This document shows positions 60,445 to 64,000 of a stretch of 64,000 nt of DNA, piece after piece (positions within the stretch are counted from its first letter, which is position 1; each line of letters begins with the position of its first letter). The notes beneath the pieces are model-generated. The model was not told the DNA's origin. It saw only the letters and a program-made list of their open reading frames with translations, and made no database searches. The position numbers and the translations under genes were made by a program. The stretch is from an uncultured delta proteobacterium (lineage in GTDB: Bacteria; Desulfobacterota; Desulfomonilia; Desulfomonilales; Desulfomonilaceae): the NCBI GenBank assembly GCA_963789265.1, contig CAWBKB010000001.1, positions 352,001-416,000 of the forward strand, given 5' to 3'.

Positions 60445-60760
60445 TTACTGTTTCTTCGGGAACACGCCTGTAGGATCGCATTCTTCTTTAAAAATTCGAA
60501 TAAGCTCAGGCGCAGGTGATTCTGTCTCGTACACATTGGAAGCAATCTTGAGATCCCAACCAGTGTTTTCCTTGATCTGTGCCACCGTTGCTCCAGGGTG
60601 ATAGGAAGCGAGATACATTTCTTTGTTTCGGGCAAAAACAGAGTCATCAAGATCGCTATAATGTAACCTACCGTGCATAAAGCTATTCCCGTGGCCAGGT
60701 TGTACTTGGCCTCAAGCGACCCGAGGACAAACGGGGCAAACGCTGAAAGTAAGAACATTG
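60445..60760 (-). pseudogene. Fused remnants: MFS transporter C-terminus + CoA-transferase beta-subunit C-terminus
   Basis: SAFAPFVLG..YIIAILMTLFLPETK (MFS end) abuts KEMYLASYHPG..IKENTGWDL..DPTGVF (GctB-like end) near 60625. Confidence 0.65.
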
Positions 60761-61243
60761 TCAAGACGATTGATTCGGTCAACAAAGGCCGCGTTTGGCT
60801 GCTGTTCCCCTTGGCCCGCCACTCCGGCACCAGTCCCGAACGGCGCTCGTACGCCATGGAGAAAGGGAACCAAAGTCAAAGGGATGTTCATGATGCTCCC
60901 CAGCGTCACGCTTGGACCTACCGCGCGTCTCACAGCCCCATCCCAATGGAACGCGATTCTATACGGAAAAACTCCCAGAAATTGTTCTTGTCCTCATTCC
61001 TCGATCTGTTGCACGAATAACTATCGGAACACTGATTAAGATGAGACAGGTTAACCTCAAAGCCGCGAGCCACCCGCGAAGCCTCCTTGGGCAAGACTCA
61101 CATTTTGGCGTCTGCTCTGCCCCCTAAGTCTGCCTCGGCCAGATCGGCGGTAAGTGGATGCAGCTAGTCTGACATTCGCCAAGATCATGGCCAATGGAAA
61201 CGTGATTTGACGCGGGGCGCTAGCTTAAGCAGTAGAGTAGGGG

Positions 61244-61262
61244 TTGACAGAATATTTGTCAA
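61244..61262. promoter_or_regulatory. Palindromic operator-like site TTGACA-N7-TGTCAA
   Basis: ttgacagaatatttgtcaa in the divergent intergenic region upstream of the acyl-CoA synthetase and TetR genes. Confidence 0.4.
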
Positions 61263-61389
61263 TAAAAAAATAGATTGGAGACAAATTATGACCCGGCAGC
61301 CCCTGATGATTTGAACGTTGTCTCCCGCCTGTCATGCGGGAAAACAAACGGACCGTCAATGACTGAGCGGTCTAGACTGATGCTTGCCG

Positions 61390-61572
61390 ACCGGCTTCTT
61401 GGGAATCAGAGGCTCCATCTTCCGCCATTGCTCATCGTCAGATACACGACTCGTTTGCTAACCGGCCTTACCTCCGGCGAGACAGATATGTCAAAAATAT
61501 CTGGAACCTAAAGCCTTCAAACTAGCCTGATCTCAAGTGCTTAACAGTAATGAACGGTTTTACAATCGGCTG
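61390..61572 (-). mobile_element. Degenerate end fragment of an IS5 related to 8721-9515
   Basis: ccattgctcatc..tcagatacac..ttacctccgg..gcttaaca..ggttttacaatcggct aligns with about 9340-9515. Confidence 0.7.
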
Positions 61573-61889
61573 TGGGGATTACAGGCAATAGAATATATAT
61601 CAGTGACTAAAATAACTTGACAATGATTATGGCGGCCCGCTATAGAATGGTCACATTGATCAAAAATTGCTTTGGATTTGATGATCTCTGTCGCAAATTA
61701 ACCGGAGGAAGACGAGACTTGGAGGTCGTTGGGCCAATATCTGGAAGTTCGACCAGAATGCTGTGTCTGAACCACTTTGTTCTGGCGTGATCCCTACTGA
61801 GGTTTTTTTTCGATTCCGAAAAGTGGAGCAGTTGACATTGTTCCGGTTTTTTTGACAGCGATTCCCAGCTTAGAAAGGAGAATCGGACT

Positions 61890-63464
61890 ATGAACATTAC
61901 TCTAACACCGATGCGATTTCTCGACAGAGCGTCAACTCTATTCGGATCCAGGACTGCGGTGGTTTGTGAAGGTCGACGCTGGACTTATACCGAGTTCAAT
62001 GAGCGGGTAAACCGCCTTTCCAAAGCGCTGGTGCGGCTGGGGGTACGACCGGGGGATCGGATAGCCTTTCTGGGCTACAATTCACATCAGCTTCTGGAAT
62101 GCTACTACGGTATCCCCAGGATGGGTGCCGTCCTTCTGCCGCTAAACATCAGGCTGATTGCATCGGACTTCGAATATATCTGCAATGACTCAGGGCCGAA
62201 TGTTGTGTTCATCGACCCGGAGTTGCTGGACAAGATCGAGCCTATCCTTTCAAAGATTCCGTCAGTCAAGGGATTTTACCTTCTCGAACCGATGGGAAAC
62301 CCGCCAGACTGGATTACCGGCCAGTACGAGGATCTCCTTGAGGGCGCTTCTCCCGAGCTCGTGTGCACCTCCGCCAACTTCCCGTTCCAGGAAGACGACA
62401 TGGCGGAACTGTTCTACACGAGCGGTACTACAGGGTCCCCCAAGGGGGTGATACTAACTCACCGCAATTTGTATCTACACGCTCTGTGCGCGATGGCCAG
62501 CATGCCCGTCGCGGAAACGGACATTCAACTGCATCTGATCCCGCTGTTTCACGTGAACGGATGGGGTACTCCTCATTATGTGACGGCCAAGGGTGGAGCC
62601 CACGTAATGGTGAAGAAATTCGATCCCGCTGGGGTCCTCGATATTGTCCAGAAGGAGAGGGTTACGAGGTTCTTCATCGTGCCGACAATGGTAACCGCTC
62701 TTCTCGAGCATCCTGCATTCTCCTCTTACGACAAGTCTAGCGTGAAAGAAATTCTCATAGGCGGGGCGCCGCCGCCAACCGGAATGTGTGCTCGGGTGGA
62801 GGAAGCCTTTGGCTGCGTGGTACACGGCGGATTCGGCATGAGCGAAACCTGCCCTCTCATCGCGTTGCCTGAACTGCCCCCCGATCTCGAACGTGAGACT
62901 TCTCGGCATCGTGCTCATGAAACATGGGGTTTCCCTCTTGTGGGTGTGGAATACAAGGTGGTTGATTCCGAAGGTGCTGAGCTGCCGTGGGACGGGAAAA
63001 CTGTGGGCGAATTGTTGGTGAGGGGCGACATGGTCATGAAGGGTTATCTGAATAAGCCTGCGGAGACCCAAAAGTCGCTCAAGGACGGATGGTATCACTC
63101 GGGCGACCTCGTTTCGATGGGACCAGACGGATCTTTATATATCCGAGACCGTATGAAAGACATCATCATCAGCGGGGGCGAAAACATCTCCTCGCTTGAG
63201 ATAGAGCAGGTCCTCTATTCTAATCCGGAGATCCTCGAGTGCGCTGTTATAGCCAAGGTAGATCCGAAATGGGGTGAGATACCGAAAGCGATAGTTGTTC
63301 TTCAACCGGGTTCAAAGTTGACCTCGCAGGACATCGTGAACTTTACAAGGGAACGAATGGCTCACTTCAAGACTCTGAGAGAAGCAGAAATAGTGCCGGA
63401 GCTGCCTAAAGGCGGCACAGGTAAAATACAGAAATCTGTGCTTCGCAAGATGTACGGCAATTAG
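61890..63464 (+). CDS. Acyl-CoA synthetase (AMP-forming, long-chain fatty acid-CoA ligase family)
   Basis: AAGGAG RBS; YTSGTTGSPKG; FGMSET; SGD; DRMKDIIISGGENI; GKIQK. Confidence 0.92.
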   Translation: MNITLTPMRFLDRASTLFGSRTAVVCEGRRWTYTEFNERVNRLSKALVRLGVRPGDRIAFLGYNSHQLLECYYGIPRMGAVLLPLNIRLIASDFEYICNDSGPNVVFIDPELLDKIEPILSKIPSVKGFYLLEPMGNPPDWITGQYEDLLEGASPELVCTSANFPFQEDDMAELFYTSGTTGSPKGVILTHRNLYLHALCAMASMPVAETDIQLHLIPLFHVNGWGTPHYVTAKGGAHVMVKKFDPAGVLDIVQKERVTRFFIVPTMVTALLEHPAFSSYDKSSVKEILIGGAPPPTGMCARVEEAFGCVVHGGFGMSETCPLIALPELPPDLERETSRHRAHETWGFPLVGVEYKVVDSEGAELPWDGKTVGELLVRGDMVMKGYLNKPAETQKSLKDGWYHSGDLVSMGPDGSLYIRDRMKDIIISGGENISSLEIEQVLYSNPEILECAVIAKVDPKWGEIPKAIVVLQPGSKLTSQDIVNFTRERMAHFKTLREAEIVPELPKGGTGKIQKSVLRKMYGN

Positions 63465-63477
63465 ACTGGGAGACGAC

Positions 63478-64000
63478 ATGCAGGCGGTAGGTAGTTATGC
63501 GGGAAACGGTGAGCGTGACATTGGAGACACTAAGGTATCCAGCACCAGATCGCGGATTTTGTGCGCGGCCGAAGAGGTCATGTCAGAGAAAGGGATTGCC
63601 GGATCATCCATTTCGGAGATAGCTCGAAAGGCTGGAGTGGCCGATTCCGTCATCTATCAGTACTTCAAGGGGAAACAGGATCTCCTCTTTTCTGTGCCCG
63701 GAGAGAGGATGAAGGAGGTTTTGGCCATCCTGGAGGAACAGCTCACCGGTATTCAGGACGTGCAGAGTCAGTTGCGAAAGATGATCTGGTTTCATTTGAG
63801 ATACAACGACACCCACAGAGGTTATGCACGACTCTTACTCCTGGAGTGCCGCTCATCCAAGGCTTTTTACGATACACCTGCCTATTCGTTGGTCAGGGAG
63901 TACGCGGGCATTCTCTCTTCTATAATCGAGCGGGGCATCAAGGAAGGCAAGTTTCGAGCGGACGCTCAAACCAAACTCGTCCGAGACGTCATTTTGGGGA
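63478..64000 (+). CDS. TetR/AcrR-family regulator, truncated by the window edge
   Basis: TRSRILCAAEEVMSEKG..ISEIARKAGVADSVIYQYFKGKQDLL in frame with ATG 63478. Confidence 0.85.
   Translation, partial: MQAVGSYAGNGERDIGDTKVSSTRSRILCAAEEVMSEKGIAGSSISEIARKAGVADSVIYQYFKGKQDLLFSVPGERMKEVLAILEEQLTGIQDVQSQLRKMIWFHLRYNDTHRGYARLLLLECRSSKAFYDTPAYSLVREYAGILSSIIERGIKEGKFRADAQTKLVRDVILG

Overview
Bacterial 64-kb accessory region. The gene families suggest an anaerobic Desulfobacterota (Desulfomonile-like) genome, but that is inference. From left to right: (1) REP-like repeats, a minus-strand PocR/PAS hybrid histidine kinase with a REC-PP2C partner, a Fic remnant, a membrane sulfatase-fold protein and a defective IS5 element. 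(2) The main system, 9.7-22.2 kb: a cluster behind a sigma54-type promoter. It encodes a GltD/NfnB/DsrL-like FAD/Fe-S NAD(P)H oxidoreductase, a Rieske protein, a fused cytochrome b and a pentaheme cytochrome c, followed by clade II N2O reductase genes (nosZ, nosB, orf, nosD, nosF, nosL, nosY). It ends at a tRNA-Pro 3' fragment with att-like repeats, so it may be on an integrated island. (3) A 23-56 kb patchwork: four Cys-type arylsulfatases, three DUF1254 proteins, an octaheme cytochrome-HEAT-TPR protein, a HAD hydrolase, an NTT-like transporter-HEAT-cNMP protein, two paralogous secreted hexa-Cys proteins, beta-barrel-like proteins, MscS and many gene remnants. (4) A partly decayed catabolic region: phosphotriesterase-like hydrolase, OYE-family reductase, MFS/CoA-transferase scar, acyl-CoA synthetase and TetR. 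About ten single-base insertion frameshifts in the left half look like long-read errors. No CRISPR array, rRNA or intact tRNA was seen.
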